A stretch of 47,798 nucleotides of DNA from Anaerolineae bacterium (GCA_014382605.1 JACNJM010000253.1:1385-49182); one strand, 5' to 3'. Counted from the stretch's first letter, positions 18,245-28,697 are shown. The notes: generated by a model from the letters alone, not told the origin. Made by a program: numbers and translations.

Positions 18245-18448
18245 ATGGCCGAAAAGAAAAAAGCCCCCCGTGAAAACGCCTTTGAGAAGTTCCCCCAACC
18301 GCGCACTTTCCCCTCTCAGTGGGATATGTCGGGGATGATGGCCGCTGAGGCTCCCCAGCAATATGCCGATGTGGAAGATCGCATGGAAACCTTCCCTGAG
18401 CCGCGTACTATCCCTGCCAAATGGGATGTCTCAGGATTAAAAAAATAG
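18245..18448 (+). CDS. 67-aa hypothetical microprotein with two ExFPxPRTxPxxWDxSG repeats
   Basis: Strong RBS aggag, fills the leuA-leuC gap, internal repeat conserved at protein level with diverged codons. Confidence 0.8.
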   Translation: MAEKKKAPRENAFEKFPQPRTFPSQWDMSGMMAAEAPQQYADVEDRMETFPEPRTIPAKWDVSGLKK

Positions 18449-18461
18449 GCTATTTGTTCGT

Positions 18462-19880
18462 ATGAATCAATCCAACAATCCCAAAACGCTATACGAAAAA
18501 GTATGGGAAGCGCATATTGTTGCCGAAAGCGATGATGCGCCCTGCGTGCTCTATATTGACTTGCATCTCATTCATGAGGTGACATCCCCCCAAGCCTTTA
18601 GCGGTTTACGTGAAAAAGGGCTAAAAGTTCGCCGCCCAGAGCGCACCATCGCCACGATGGATCACTCCACACCAACGATTTCTCTCAGCTTCGACTCCGC
18701 GGATGATATGGCTGTTGCCCAACTTGAGCAAATCACCAAGAATTGCGCCGAATTTGGTATTACCCTCTACGATGCTGAAAGCGATGGGCGTGGCATCGTC
18801 CACGTGATCGGGCCAGAACAAGGGTTTACCCAACCTGGCAAAACTATTGTCTGCGGAGACAGCCATACATCTACACATGGCGCATTTGGCGCACTTGCCT
18901 TTGGTATCGGCACATCCGAAGTGGAGCATGTCCTCGCGACCCAATCTTTGCTGCAATCAAAATCAAAGGCGTATGAAGTCCGCTTTGAAGGTGAACTTCC
19001 CTTTGGCGTGACAGCTAAAGATATGGTTTTGGCGCTCATTGCTAAAATTGGGATTGGTGGCGGCACTGGGCATGTCTTTGAATATACAGGCGATGCAGTC
19101 AAAGCCCTCGATATGGATGGACGCATGACCCTTTGCAATATGTCCATTGAAGCCGGCGCACGAGCAGGTATGATCGCTCCCGATGAGACGACTTTTGAAT
19201 ATCTCAAAGGACGTCCCTATGCACCCCAAGGCGCTGATTGGGATGCCGCCGTTGAGAGATGGAAGCAACTTCCCTCCGATGAGGGCGCAGTTTACGACAA
19301 AACCGTCACCATCGATGTCTCCAAGCTTGAACCGATGGTGACTTACGGTACCAACCCTGAGATGGGTATCCAAATCAGTGAAAGGATACCCAGCCTGCAA
19401 AACATGGATTCTGCTGCGCAGCAATCCTCACTTGAAAAGGCACTCAGCTATATGGACCTTAAACCTGCCAGTACCTTGAAAGGGCATCCTGTAGATGTGG
19501 TTTTTATTGGCTCATGCACGAACTCACGCATGAGCGATCTTCGAGCAGCAGCGTCCATCCTGAAAGGGCGCAAAGTTGCCGATGGGTTGCGTTTGCTAGT
19601 TGTTCCCGGTTCAGAGAGTATCCGCAAACGCGCCGAAGCAGAAGGTATCGACAAAATTGTACGTGATGCAGGCGGCGAATGGCGTTTTGCCGGTTGCAGC
19701 ATGTGTTTGGCGATGAACGGTGATGAACTTGAACCTGGTCAATACGCGGTGAGTACCAGCAACCGCAATTTTGAAGGTAGGCAGGGGAAAGGCGGACGTA
19801 CCATTCTCGCCAGCCCCCTCACCGCAGCTGCCAGTGCTATCACCGGCAAAGTCACCGATCCACGTGAGATGATGCAATGA
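18462..19880 (+). CDS. leuC: 3-isopropylmalate dehydratase large subunit
   Basis: [46 protein letters not shown]. Confidence 0.97.
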   Translation: MNQSNNPKTLYEKVWEAHIVAESDDAPCVLYIDLHLIHEVTSPQAFSGLREKGLKVRRPERTIATMDHSTPTISLSFDSADDMAVAQLEQITKNCAEFGITLYDAESDGRGIVHVIGPEQGFTQPGKTIVCGDSHTSTHGAFGALAFGIGTSEVEHVLATQSLLQSKSKAYEVRFEGELPFGVTAKDMVLALIAKIGIGGGTGHVFEYTGDAVKALDMDGRMTLCNMSIEAGARAGMIAPDETTFEYLKGRPYAPQGADWDAAVERWKQLPSDEGAVYDKTVTIDVSKLEPMVTYGTNPEMGIQISERIPSLQNMDSAAQQSSLEKALSYMDLKPASTLKGHPVDVVFIGSCTNSRMSDLRAAASILKGRKVADGLRLLVVPGSESIRKRAEAEGIDKIVRDAGGEWRFAGCSMCLAMNGDELEPGQYAVSTSNRNFEGRQGKGGRTILASPLTAAASAITGKVTDPREMMQ

Positions 19881-20467
19881 GATCTTTCACTAAACTAACT
19901 TCAAAAATCATTCCTCTGCCATACACCGATGTAGATACAGACCAAATTATCCCTGCTCGCTATTTGAAAGTGGTCAATAAGGACGGTTTGGCAGAAGGGC
20001 TTTTCGATAGCTGGCGTAAGCTTGAAGATGGCAGTCCCAACCTTGCTTTTCCGCTCAATCAGGATGAATATCAGGGCGCAGAAATTTTGCTGGCTGGTGA
20101 TAATTTCGGATGTGGCTCATCTCGTGAGCATGCTCCCTGGGCATTAACTGGATGGGGGATTCGGGCCATCATTAGCACTTCCTTTGCAGATATATTCAGG
20201 AACAACTCGCTTAAGAATGGCCTGTTACCGATTATCGTAGACGAAGAGACGCACGCATCACTCTTCGACCTGACAGAAGAAGCACCTGCAGCCACAATTG
20301 ATATTGATTTGGCATCCCAAACGCTGTTCCTGCCCGGTGGAGAGAAGGTTTCCTTTGAAATTGATTCTTTCAGTAAAACGTGTTTGCTCGAAGGGATCGA
20401 TCAGCTTGGCTATTTGTTGAAACACGAAGCCGAAATCGCGGCCTATGAAGCCGCCCGAGATTTTTAG
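19877..20467 (+). CDS. leuD: 3-isopropylmalate dehydratase small subunit
   Basis: [37 protein letters not shown]. Confidence 0.97.
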   Translation: MRSFTKLTSKIIPLPYTDVDTDQIIPARYLKVVNKDGLAEGLFDSWRKLEDGSPNLAFPLNQDEYQGAEILLAGDNFGCGSSREHAPWALTGWGIRAIISTSFADIFRNNSLKNGLLPIIVDEETHASLFDLTEEAPAATIDIDLASQTLFLPGGEKVSFEIDSFSKTCLLEGIDQLGYLLKHEAEIAAYEAARDF

Positions 20468-20607
20468 CATGACGATATTGGATTATTTTTTGCGGAACGG
20501 GAAGGTGGACTGGGTGACGGATGATCGCGTCACCCAGGGAATCTCCGGTTGATGGTGTTCGCACGAAGCAACAAATTCAACTCATTGTACTAATTTAGGA
20601 GATACCC

Positions 20608-22167
20608 ATGTCTACATCTGTCAAAATCTACGATACAACTTTGCGCGATGGCACTCAAAGTGAAGGCATCTCGCTCTCGGTAAACGATAAAATAAAAATC
20701 GCCCACCGTTTAGATGAATTTGGCGTGCATTATATCGAGGGTGGCTGGCCTGGCTCGAACCCCAAAGATGCCGAGTTTTTCGAGCGCGTGCGCAAAATGG
20801 AGTTCAAAAACGCGAAGGTAGCTGCTTTTGGTTCGACGCGCAAAAAAAACAGTCCAACAGAGGGTGATCCCAATTTACAAGCTTTGGTGGATGCTGAAAC
20901 CCCGGTTGTGACCCTGGTGGGTAAAAGCTGGGATTTGCACGTTTACGACGTGCTGGAAACCACCCTGGAAGAAAATCTGGCGATGATCCGAGAGAGTGTG
21001 GCCTATATGAAAGCGCTGGGCAAAGAAGTTGTCTATGATGCCGAACATTTCTTCGATGGTTATAAAGCCAATCCTGAATATACCCTGCAAACGCTGCGTG
21101 CCGCAGCCGATGGTGGGGCCGATATTCTGGTGCTATGCGAGACGAACGGCGGTTCGCTGCCCTGGGAAGTGGAAGAGATCACGGCCTTGATGGGCGAGCA
21201 ATTTAAAACCCCGTTGGGCATTCACACGCATGACGATGGCGGTAACGGCGTGGCGAATACGCTGTCTGGCGTACGTGCCGGAGCGGTGCAGGTGCAGGGC
21301 ACGGTCAACGGTTATGGCGAGCGCACTGGCAATGCCAATCTGTGTACAATTATCCCCAATTTGCAATTGAAAATGAATATTCGTTGCGTCTCAGATGAAA
21401 ATCTGGCCCGTTTGTCCGATTTATCGCATTATGTTGCCGAAGTTGCTAATCAACCGCCGAATCCCTATTACCCCTTCGTCGGCAAGAAAGCGTTTGCACA
21501 CAAGGGTGGCATCCATGTAGCCGCGGTACTCAAGAATGAATTTTCTTACCAGCATATTGACCCAACGTTAGTGGGCAATCAGCGCCGTACGCTGGTTTCG
21601 GAACTCTCCGGACGTGGCAATGTAGTTGAAAAAGCCAACGAATTTGGCATAGATATGACCAGCGAAAAAGCTCGCAAGGTCGTTGAGCAGATCAAGAGCC
21701 TTGAAGCGCAGGGCTTCACGTTCGAAGGGGCCGGCGCATCGGCTCAGTTGCTCATGCAGCGCGCAGAGGAAGATTATAAACCGCCTTTTGAGTTGATTGA
21801 CTTCATGGTTATTGTTGAAAGTCGGCAGGGACGTGGCGTTTTTGCTGAAGCCACAGTAAAGGTGGATGTAGGTGGTGAAATTATCCACACGGCGGCTGAA
21901 GGCAATGGGCCGGTCAATGCGTTGAATAAAGCCCTTCGCAAAGCCCTGAGAGATTTATATCCCCGCCTCGATGAAATTCATCTCTCAGATTACAAAGTCC
22001 GCATTTTGGATAGCGAGAGCGGCACAGCGGCGAACGTCCGCGTACTTATTGATACCAAAAATGGCGATAACGCCCGCTGGAGTACCGTTGGCGCGAGTAC
22101 CAATATCATCGAAGCAAGCTGGCGTGCGTTAGCCGACAGTATGGAATATGCTCTGCAGAAAGAATAA
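20608..22167 (+). CDS. cimA: Citramalate synthase
   Basis: YDTTLRDGTQSEG, EGGWPGSNPKD, DAEHFFDG, AHKGGIH, DYKVRIL, WSTVGASTNIIEASW. Confidence 0.9.
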   Translation: MSTSVKIYDTTLRDGTQSEGISLSVNDKIKIAHRLDEFGVHYIEGGWPGSNPKDAEFFERVRKMEFKNAKVAAFGSTRKKNSPTEGDPNLQALVDAETPVVTLVGKSWDLHVYDVLETTLEENLAMIRESVAYMKALGKEVVYDAEHFFDGYKANPEYTLQTLRAAADGGADILVLCETNGGSLPWEVEEITALMGEQFKTPLGIHTHDDGGNGVANTLSGVRAGAVQVQGTVNGYGERTGNANLCTIIPNLQLKMNIRCVSDENLARLSDLSHYVAEVANQPPNPYYPFVGKKAFAHKGGIHVAAVLKNEFSYQHIDPTLVGNQRRTLVSELSGRGNVVEKANEFGIDMTSEKARKVVEQIKSLEAQGFTFEGAGASAQLLMQRAEEDYKPPFELIDFMVIVESRQGRGVFAEATVKVDVGGEIIHTAAEGNGPVNALNKALRKALRDLYPRLDEIHLSDYKVRILDSESGTAANVRVLIDTKNGDNARWSTVGASTNIIEASWRALADSMEYALQKE

Positions 22168-22176
22168 GGAAAAAAC

Positions 22177-23265
22177 ATGAAAGCAAATATTGTATTACTT
22201 CCCGGTGACGGTATTGGCCCTGAAGTGGTTGCCGCGGCTCAGAGCGTACTCGAAGCCGTCGAGAAAAAATACGGCCATATCTTTGAAATGAGCGAATATC
22301 TGATCGGCGGGGCGGCGATTGATGCTACCGGTCAGGCATTGCCCGCAGAGACTTTAGCCGCCTGCCAGCAGGCCGATGCGGTACTGCTGGGTGCGGTTGG
22401 CGGCCCCAAGTGGGATGATCCTGCCGCTGCCGTGCGCCCGGAGCAAGGCTTGCTGGGTTTGCGCAAAAATCTGGGCTTATTTGCTAATTTGCGCCCGGTT
22501 GTGCCGCAGGCCGATTTGCTCTCCGCTTCGCCCTTGCGCCCCGACCTACTTGACGGCGTGGATTTGCTGGTGGTGCGCGAACTTACTGGCGGTATCTACT
22601 TTGGCGAACCGCGCGGGCGGCGTGAAGTTAACGGCCAGTGGGAAGCCTTCGATACCATGCTTTACTCAGAGAATGAAGTGCGCCGGGTGGTACGTCTGGC
22701 TTTCGAGTTGGCGCGCGGACGACGCAAAAAAGTGACTTCGGTGGACAAAGCCAATGTGCTCGACTCCTCGCGTTTGTGGCGTCAGGTGGCAGCACAAGTT
22801 GCCAGCGAATACCCCGATGTGGAATTTGAAGTCTTGCTTGTGGACGCAGCTACCATGCATCTGATTACCCGCCCGGCGAGTTTTGATGTGATGGTCACGA
22901 CGAATATGTTTGGCGATATTCTCACTGATGAAGCCTCCGTGCTGACCGGCTCGATGGGGAACCTGCCCTCAGCTTCGCTGGGGGAGGACACGAATCGGCT
23001 CGGTAAACCCCGCGGTCTCTACGAGCCGATCCACGGCTCGGCGCCGGATATTGCCGGAGAGGGGATTGCCAACCCCATTGGGACGATTGTCTCGGCGGCG
23101 ATGTTGTTGCGCCACTCCTTGGGGATGGAACCTGAAGCCCGGGCTGTCGAAAACGCCGTAGATACGGCCATTCGAGCGGGACATCGTACGATTGATCTGG
23201 CGCGTTCGGGCGAAAAATCGCTCAATACAGCTATGATCACCGACGCGATCGTCAAATTGGTTTAA
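22177..23265 (+). CDS. leuB: 3-isopropylmalate dehydrogenase
   Basis: [57 protein letters not shown]. Confidence 0.97.
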   Translation: MKANIVLLPGDGIGPEVVAAAQSVLEAVEKKYGHIFEMSEYLIGGAAIDATGQALPAETLAACQQADAVLLGAVGGPKWDDPAAAVRPEQGLLGLRKNLGLFANLRPVVPQADLLSASPLRPDLLDGVDLLVVRELTGGIYFGEPRGRREVNGQWEAFDTMLYSENEVRRVVRLAFELARGRRKKVTSVDKANVLDSSRLWRQVAAQVASEYPDVEFEVLLVDAATMHLITRPASFDVMVTTNMFGDILTDEASVLTGSMGNLPSASLGEDTNRLGKPRGLYEPIHGSAPDIAGEGIANPIGTIVSAAMLLRHSLGMEPEARAVENAVDTAIRAGHRTIDLARSGEKSLNTAMITDAIVKLV

Positions 23266-23266
23266 T

Positions 23267-24097
23267 GTGAACCGAAGGATTGCTTTTCAAGGAGAACCGG
23301 GCGCGTATAGCGAGTTAGCAGCGTTCGAATATTTTGGCGCGGGAATTAAGCCGCTGCCGTGTGCATCTTTCGAAGCTACCTTTGCTGCGGTAACCGATGG
23401 TACTGCCGAGTATGGTCTATTGCCGATTGAGAACTCGCTGGCGGGCAGCATCCACCGTAATTATGACCTGCTGCTGGAGTCAGATTTAATGATTGTGGGC
23501 GAGTATCACTTGCGCGTTAGTCATTGCCTGATGGCCCTGCCCGGCACAACGCTTGCCGATATGCGCCAGGTGCATTCGCACCCCCAGGCGTTGGCGCAAT
23601 GCAAAAAACGTCTGCGCCAAATGAGCCTGGAAGCCGTAGTGGAAGCAGATACAGCGGGCAGCGCCCGAATGATTAAAGATAGTGGCGATCAGCACGCCGC
23701 GGCGCTAGCCTCCAAACGCGCTGCTGAGGTCTATGATTTGCATATTTTGCAGAAAAACATGGAAGACAATCCAGCCAATTACACGCGCTTTTTGGCGCTT
23801 ACGGCACAGACAGCGCCGGGGAATACGGATGGGGATTTCAAAACATCAATCGTTTTTAGCTTGCAAAATCAGCCCGGCGCTTTATTCAAAGCGTTGAGTG
23901 TGTTTGCCTTGCGTGATATTGATCTCGCCAAAATTGAATCGCGCCCCATTCAGGGCAAACCTTGGGAGTATATGTTCTACATCGATTTTGCTGGTCACGC
24001 CCAGGCTGAGTCCGGGCGGCGGGCGTTGGATCATTTGGGGAAGTTGGCAGCTTATCTACGCGTGTTGGGTTCGTATCCGCGCCACCGCGTGGCATAA
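23267..24097 (+). CDS. pheA: Prephenate dehydratase with C-terminal ACT domain
   Basis: AFQGEPGAYSE, PIENSLAG, SHPQALAQC, NYTRF, KIESRP; starts 1 nt after the leuB stop. Confidence 0.93.
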   Translation: MNRRIAFQGEPGAYSELAAFEYFGAGIKPLPCASFEATFAAVTDGTAEYGLLPIENSLAGSIHRNYDLLLESDLMIVGEYHLRVSHCLMALPGTTLADMRQVHSHPQALAQCKKRLRQMSLEAVVEADTAGSARMIKDSGDQHAAALASKRAAEVYDLHILQKNMEDNPANYTRFLALTAQTAPGNTDGDFKTSIVFSLQNQPGALFKALSVFALRDIDLAKIESRPIQGKPWEYMFYIDFAGHAQAESGRRALDHLGKLAAYLRVLGSYPRHRVA

Positions 24098-24104
24098 AAA
24101 TGAA

Positions 24105-24143
24105 GAAGCCAGGAACTCAGGAAAACCCCGGTTTTCTGGCTTC
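24105..24143. terminator. Hairpin after pheA (end of the ilv-leu-pheA operon); no U-tract
   Basis: gaagccaggaac ... gttttctggcttc. Confidence 0.4.
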
Positions 24144-24173
24144 ATATTGCATACCTGTGATATAAAGGGGGGC

Positions 24174-25169
24174 ATGAAATTCCAGTTTTTCTTCTTTGTT
24201 GCCATCTGCCTGGGGTTGGCGGCAGCCTGTTCTCCGGGGGCGCAGGTTCCAGAACCAACCCCCACGGCAGTACCCACCCAGACCGCGGCAGCCACCCCAA
24301 CACTCGTCCCGACAGCCACACGCACGCGGATGCCCGCCGCGCCCAGCGTCACCCCGACATTTACGCTGGCTCCCCCTACCGAAACTCCCCTTCCCGAAGA
24401 TTGTAATCAGGCTAGTGTTATTGAAGACGTAACCATACCGGATGGCGCGCTCGTTGATCCTGGTGAAGTTTTTCTGAAAATTTGGCGTGTTCAGAATACT
24501 GGTTCGTGTACCTGGCAGTGGGGGAGCTTTTGGCTGGTGTTTGATAGTGAAAACCAGATGAATGGCCCCGATTTGGCGCGGGCGTATTTTTACCCATCAC
24601 AGCCGGTGCTTGATTTAGCAACTTTGGGCAATGCTGCCTGGAATGGGGTACTGGGCGAGGTTGCCCCCGGTGAGGTGGTGGATATTCCGCTATTATTGCA
24701 AGCGCCCGATAAGCCCGGCGTGTATCGCAGCCATTGGCATTTGCAGGATAAAGCCGGGAACTCGGCGGCGTTGATGTGGGTGTTGCTGGTGGTTGATACC
24801 CAGAAGGAAATTCAGCAGCCGGATTGGTCGGGAAATTGGTTGCATGCTAACACCTGGTTTATTAACCGCTTGGTGGACCCTGGAGTACTGGTTGTGGAAC
24901 AGAGAGGGTCGGAAATTTTGGGTTTCTTCTACCCCCGCGGCGGCCCAGCCGATGGGGATTTGGTGTACGTCACCGGGCGCGTCAGCGAAGATGGGATGCA
25001 GGTTGAGGGGCTGTTTAGCCTGGTTTGGGATGAGCCGATTGATTTTCAATGGGCGATGAGCGCCAATCAGCAGCAATTTGAAGGGCTAATTACTTCAGAG
25101 CGCCTCGATATTGACGGTACCTGGTGCGGCGGGCGCAATGGTCTTGTGCCGCCAATTTGCGCACCGTAA
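24174..25169 (+). CDS. Lipoprotein with Pro/Thr linker and NBR1-like Ig domain
   Basis: Signal peptide with lipobox LAAAC, PT-rich linker, EDVTIPDG...PGEVFLKIWRVQNTGSCTW; start reassigned to the ATG at 24174. Confidence 0.8.
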   Translation: MKFQFFFFVAICLGLAAACSPGAQVPEPTPTAVPTQTAAATPTLVPTATRTRMPAAPSVTPTFTLAPPTETPLPEDCNQASVIEDVTIPDGALVDPGEVFLKIWRVQNTGSCTWQWGSFWLVFDSENQMNGPDLARAYFYPSQPVLDLATLGNAAWNGVLGEVAPGEVVDIPLLLQAPDKPGVYRSHWHLQDKAGNSAALMWVLLVVDTQKEIQQPDWSGNWLHANTWFINRLVDPGVLVVEQRGSEILGFFYPRGGPADGDLVYVTGRVSEDGMQVEGLFSLVWDEPIDFQWAMSANQQQFEGLITSERLDIDGTWCGGRNGLVPPICAP

Positions 25170-25174
25170 GCCAA

Positions 25175-25229
25175 AACGCCAGGAAACCGAGGCGCAAAGA
25201 AAAAATAATTATCTTTGCGCCTTTGCGTT
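25175..25229. repeat. Periodic palindromic intergenic repeat, copy 5
   Basis: aacgccaggaaaccgaggcgcaaaga-aaaaataatta-tctttgcgc.ctttgcgtt. Confidence 0.55.
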
Positions 25230-25247
25230 AAAAACGGAGATTAGCAG

Positions 25248-26567
25248 ATGTCTTTGAGAGCATATCTTGAATTTTTGGAGGCCAACGACCGACTGGTTCG
25301 TATCACCGAGCCAATTTCGACGCGCTATGAAATTGCCGCCGTACTCAAGCAATTAGAACCCCGTCCGGTGATTTTTGAGAATGTGCAAGAGTCTGCGTAT
25401 CGGGTGATGGGCAATCTTTTTTGTACCAAACAGGATTTCGCCGACTATTTCAGTATCCCGGTTGCGGAGATCATTTCTGCGCTGGGTGAAGCGATCGCTT
25501 CACCCTTGCCTCTCCCAGCCTGGCAGAGGAAGTTGGATGCGGTTCCCCCCTGCCAGGAAGTAGTGCATCATAACCCCAATCTGGATGCTATTCCCATACC
25601 GTTACACTTTCCCAGTGATGGTGGCCCGTATATCACGTCAGGCGTATTTGTGGTCAAGCATCCGGTTCACGGCCAGAATCTGGATTTTCACCGCGCCATG
25701 CAGTTTTCGTCGACCGAAATGGCAATCCGTGTGGTGGAGGGACGGCACTTCGACCAATATTTGAGGGAATTAGGCCAGGTGGATGTAGCCGTGTGTATTG
25801 GCATTCCGCCCAATGTGCTGGCGGCTGCGGCTACCTCGGTGGCGTTGGGTGTGGACGAATTGACCATTGCCAATGCCTTGCAGCCACTTGAACTGGTGCC
25901 TGCCAAAACAGTAGATTTAATGATCCCTGCCGAAGCCGAGTTTGTGCTTGAAGGAACTGTGTATCGCGATCGTCGCCATGCTGAGGGGCCGTTTGTTGAT
26001 CTCACCGAAACGATGGATGTGATCCGTAATGAGCCAGTTTTTGAAGTTAAGGCCATCACGCATCGCAAAGATGCGCTTTGGCACGCACTGCTACCGGGCG
26101 CATTGGAACACAAGCTGCTGATGGGTATGCCGCGCGAGCCAACTATTTTCCGCAAGGTTAAAGATGTGGTCAAATGCCTGGATGTTAATATCAACCCCGG
26201 GGGTTGCTCTTGGCTGCATGCGATTGTGCAAATTGACAAGCAGCACGCCGATGATGGCGAGAAAGCCATCCGGGCGGCATTTGCCGGGCATCGCTCGTGC
26301 AAGCACATTTATGTAGTGGATGCCGATGTGGATATTTACGATCCGCTGCAAGTGGAATGGGCAATGGCGACGCGCTTTCAGGGCGACCGCGATCTGGTGA
26401 TTCTCGATCGAGAACCCGGTTCCAGCCTGGATCCCAGCGCCGAGCCGGGTACCAAGCTGACCACCAAGATCGGTTTTGATCTGACGGCTCCGGTAGGTGA
26501 AGCCCGGCGACATTATGAGAAGGTGCTGTATCCAAAAGTTAATTTGGCGAAGTTTATCCGAGATTGA
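25248..26567 (+). CDS. UbiD-family prFMN-dependent decarboxylase (candidate anhydromevalonate-phosphate decarboxylase)
   Basis: DGGPYITSG, FHR, AEFVLEG, EGPFVD, VVDADVDIYD, WAMATRFQ, SSLDPS, KIGFDLT. Confidence 0.85.
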   Translation: MSLRAYLEFLEANDRLVRITEPISTRYEIAAVLKQLEPRPVIFENVQESAYRVMGNLFCTKQDFADYFSIPVAEIISALGEAIASPLPLPAWQRKLDAVPPCQEVVHHNPNLDAIPIPLHFPSDGGPYITSGVFVVKHPVHGQNLDFHRAMQFSSTEMAIRVVEGRHFDQYLRELGQVDVAVCIGIPPNVLAAAATSVALGVDELTIANALQPLELVPAKTVDLMIPAEAEFVLEGTVYRDRRHAEGPFVDLTETMDVIRNEPVFEVKAITHRKDALWHALLPGALEHKLLMGMPREPTIFRKVKDVVKCLDVNINPGGCSWLHAIVQIDKQHADDGEKAIRAAFAGHRSCKHIYVVDADVDIYDPLQVEWAMATRFQGDRDLVILDREPGSSLDPSAEPGTKLTTKIGFDLTAPVGEARRHYEKVLYPKVNLAKFIRD

Positions 26568-26580
26568 ACCGCAAATCTAT

Positions 26581-26651
26581 AACCGCAGAGTGAGCGGAGA
26601 GCGCGGAATTTTTCTTTTGCTTTTCTCCGCGAACTCAGCGTTCTCAGCGGT
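26581..26651. repeat. Periodic palindromic intergenic repeat, copy 6
   Basis: aaccgcagag.tgagcggag.agcgcggaa-(T-rich)-ctccgcgaa.ctcagcgtt.ctcagcggt. Confidence 0.65.
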
Positions 26652-26690
26652 GACTTTGGGTTGCAGTTGGAGACTGCGTTAGGAACGATT

Positions 26691-27893
26691 ATGCAACTAA
26701 CCAAAGAAGAAAAAGCGATGCTCGATGGCGCGCAGGGACGTGCCACGCAAAAATCGATGGAAATTTTGACCACCCTGGGACGAATATACGATGCCGAGCG
26801 CTTCATACCGGTGACATCAGTGCAAATTGCGGGTGTCAGCTATGCCAACCTGGGCGAAGCCGGGCTGGCGTTCCTCGATGAAATGGCCGATGGAGACGGG
26901 CGCGCCCGTGTGCTGACTACACTCAACCCCGCCGGGATGGATATGGAAAACTGGCAGAATTTGGGCATCAGCGCTGAGTTTGCCGAAAATCAGATGCGTG
27001 TGTTAGATGCTTTTGCTCGCATGAATGTGATTACTACGGCGACTTGCACGCCCTACCTGATCGGCAACACGCCGCATTTTGGTGAGCGTATCGCCTGGGC
27101 CGAGAGCAGCGCGGTGTGCTACGCTAATTCGGTGTTGGGTGCGCGCTCCAACCGCGAAGGCGGTCCCAGCGCTCTGGCAGCATCGCTGACCGGCCTGACC
27201 CCGGAATATGGCTACCATCTCGATGCCTATCGGCAGCCAACCCTGAAGGTCAATATCGAAGGTTTGCAAGGTGAGAATACAGATTTTGGGGCGTTGGGAA
27301 AGGTACTGGGTGAAAAACTGGAGGCAATCTCAGGGCGGCGCGTGCCATATTTGTGGGGGATTGAAGCGGCATCCGTGGAGAACCTCAAATCGTTTTGCGC
27401 CAGCGTGGCAACCTATGGGGGCGTGACTCTCTTTCATATGCAGGGGATCACCCCCGAGGCAGGTCAGATGCTCCCGCCCGATGAGCAGATCACCATCACC
27501 GCAGCAGAAATCCACCTCGCCAGAGAATCCATGATCGATGCCACATCGGACGAAATTGATTTTGTTAGTTTGGGTTGTCCGCACCTATCGATCAAGGAAA
27601 TTGCTCGCATCGCCGAATTGCTGGCCGAAAAAACTGTGACTAAAGAGTTCTGGATCACTACCGCCCGCCCGACCAAAGAGATCGCCGACCGGATGGGTTA
27701 TACGGCGGTGATTGAAGCAGCAGGCGCCAAATTTGCTGCCGATACCTGTTGCGTGGTCGCGCCGATAAAAGGGCGCTTCAACGCGCTGGCAACTGACAGC
27801 GCCAAAGCATGTTATTATGCTTATTCCAAAAACAAATTTAAAACCGCACTCGTGCCTTTCGATGAGGTGGTTCAGATCGCGTTGCAAGACTAG
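26691..27893 (+). CDS. Aconitase X catalytic (large) subunit, candidate phosphomevalonate dehydratase
   Basis: GVSYANLG, TLNPAG, TCTPY, WAESSAVCYANSVLGARSNREGG, LGCPH, DTC; ATG at 26691. Confidence 0.85.
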   Translation: MQLTKEEKAMLDGAQGRATQKSMEILTTLGRIYDAERFIPVTSVQIAGVSYANLGEAGLAFLDEMADGDGRARVLTTLNPAGMDMENWQNLGISAEFAENQMRVLDAFARMNVITTATCTPYLIGNTPHFGERIAWAESSAVCYANSVLGARSNREGGPSALAASLTGLTPEYGYHLDAYRQPTLKVNIEGLQGENTDFGALGKVLGEKLEAISGRRVPYLWGIEAASVENLKSFCASVATYGGVTLFHMQGITPEAGQMLPPDEQITITAAEIHLARESMIDATSDEIDFVSLGCPHLSIKEIARIAELLAEKTVTKEFWITTARPTKEIADRMGYTAVIEAAGAKFAADTCCVVAPIKGRFNALATDSAKACYYAYSKNKFKTALVPFDEVVQIALQD

Positions 27894-28018
27894 AAAATCG
27901 TAAGATGAGTGTAACAAGTGCATCGGTGGATAGTTTACATAACAGAAGGTCTTATCAGATATGTAAATATTCGCGCCAGTGTTATCCGCTACAATATACT
28001 TGTTTCAGGAGATGAGTT

Positions 28019-28648
28019 ATGGCAGTTCCTTATGGGCCGCTTCTAGTTGTCGAAGATACGCCGCACGTTTTAGACCTGTTGGCGGTGACTTTGCGTTTCA
28101 AGGGGTATCCGGTTGTGACCGCCAAGAATGGGGAAGAAGCTCTTGAGCGAATAGCCGAAGAGCGCCCGGCGCTGATTATCACCGATATTCTCATGCCGCG
28201 CATGGATGGGTTTGCCCTGATGTATGCTTTACGGCAGAACCCGAAAACGCATCAAATTCCGGTGATTTTTCTTTCAGCCACTTACGTTACTCCGGAAGAT
28301 CGGGAATTTGCACTAAAATTAGGCGCGGTGCGATTTTTGGTAAAACCGGTAGATACCGCTGAATTTTTGCTCACAATTGCTGAAATTCTCACCGAGGGAG
28401 CGCCAGCGCTGCCTCCGCTGATGAGCAAAGAAGAGTTTTATCGTGGTTATCGCAAACGGTTGGAAGAAAAACTGAGTGAGAAAACAAATCAGATCGCGCG
28501 TACGGAGCGTTTGCTACAAACATTACCCACAGAGCAAAAGCCAGCTTTTGAAGCCTTGCTCACAGAAGCCAGCGCTCAAAAGCAAGAAATTCAAGATGAA
28601 CTGGATCAACTCTATAAAATCCTTGCTGAAGAAAACGCCAGCGAATAA
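28019..28648 (+). CDS. Response regulator: receiver domain plus C-terminal helical/coiled-coil region
   Basis: LVVED, ITDILMPRMDG, LSA, KP; no DNA-binding domain recognised. Confidence 0.85.
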   Translation: MAVPYGPLLVVEDTPHVLDLLAVTLRFKGYPVVTAKNGEEALERIAEERPALIITDILMPRMDGFALMYALRQNPKTHQIPVIFLSATYVTPEDREFALKLGAVRFLVKPVDTAEFLLTIAEILTEGAPALPPLMSKEEFYRGYRKRLEEKLSEKTNQIARTERLLQTLPTEQKPAFEALLTEASAQKQEIQDELDQLYKILAEENASE

Positions 28649-28697
28649 CGAAAAACTGAGAAACTTATAAAGCAAGGGGTGTGCGGGATAATTTGCT

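Noticed and set aside
23898-24173. N-terminal extension of the lipoprotein ORF
   Set aside because: Overlaps pheA; the signal peptide begins at the ATG at 24174
25248-26567. Ubiquinone or menaquinone pathway decarboxylase (ubiD/mqnL)
   Set aside because: Adjacency to AcnX and an IPK-like gene in the window favour the mevalonate role; no quinone genes nearby (not fully excluded)
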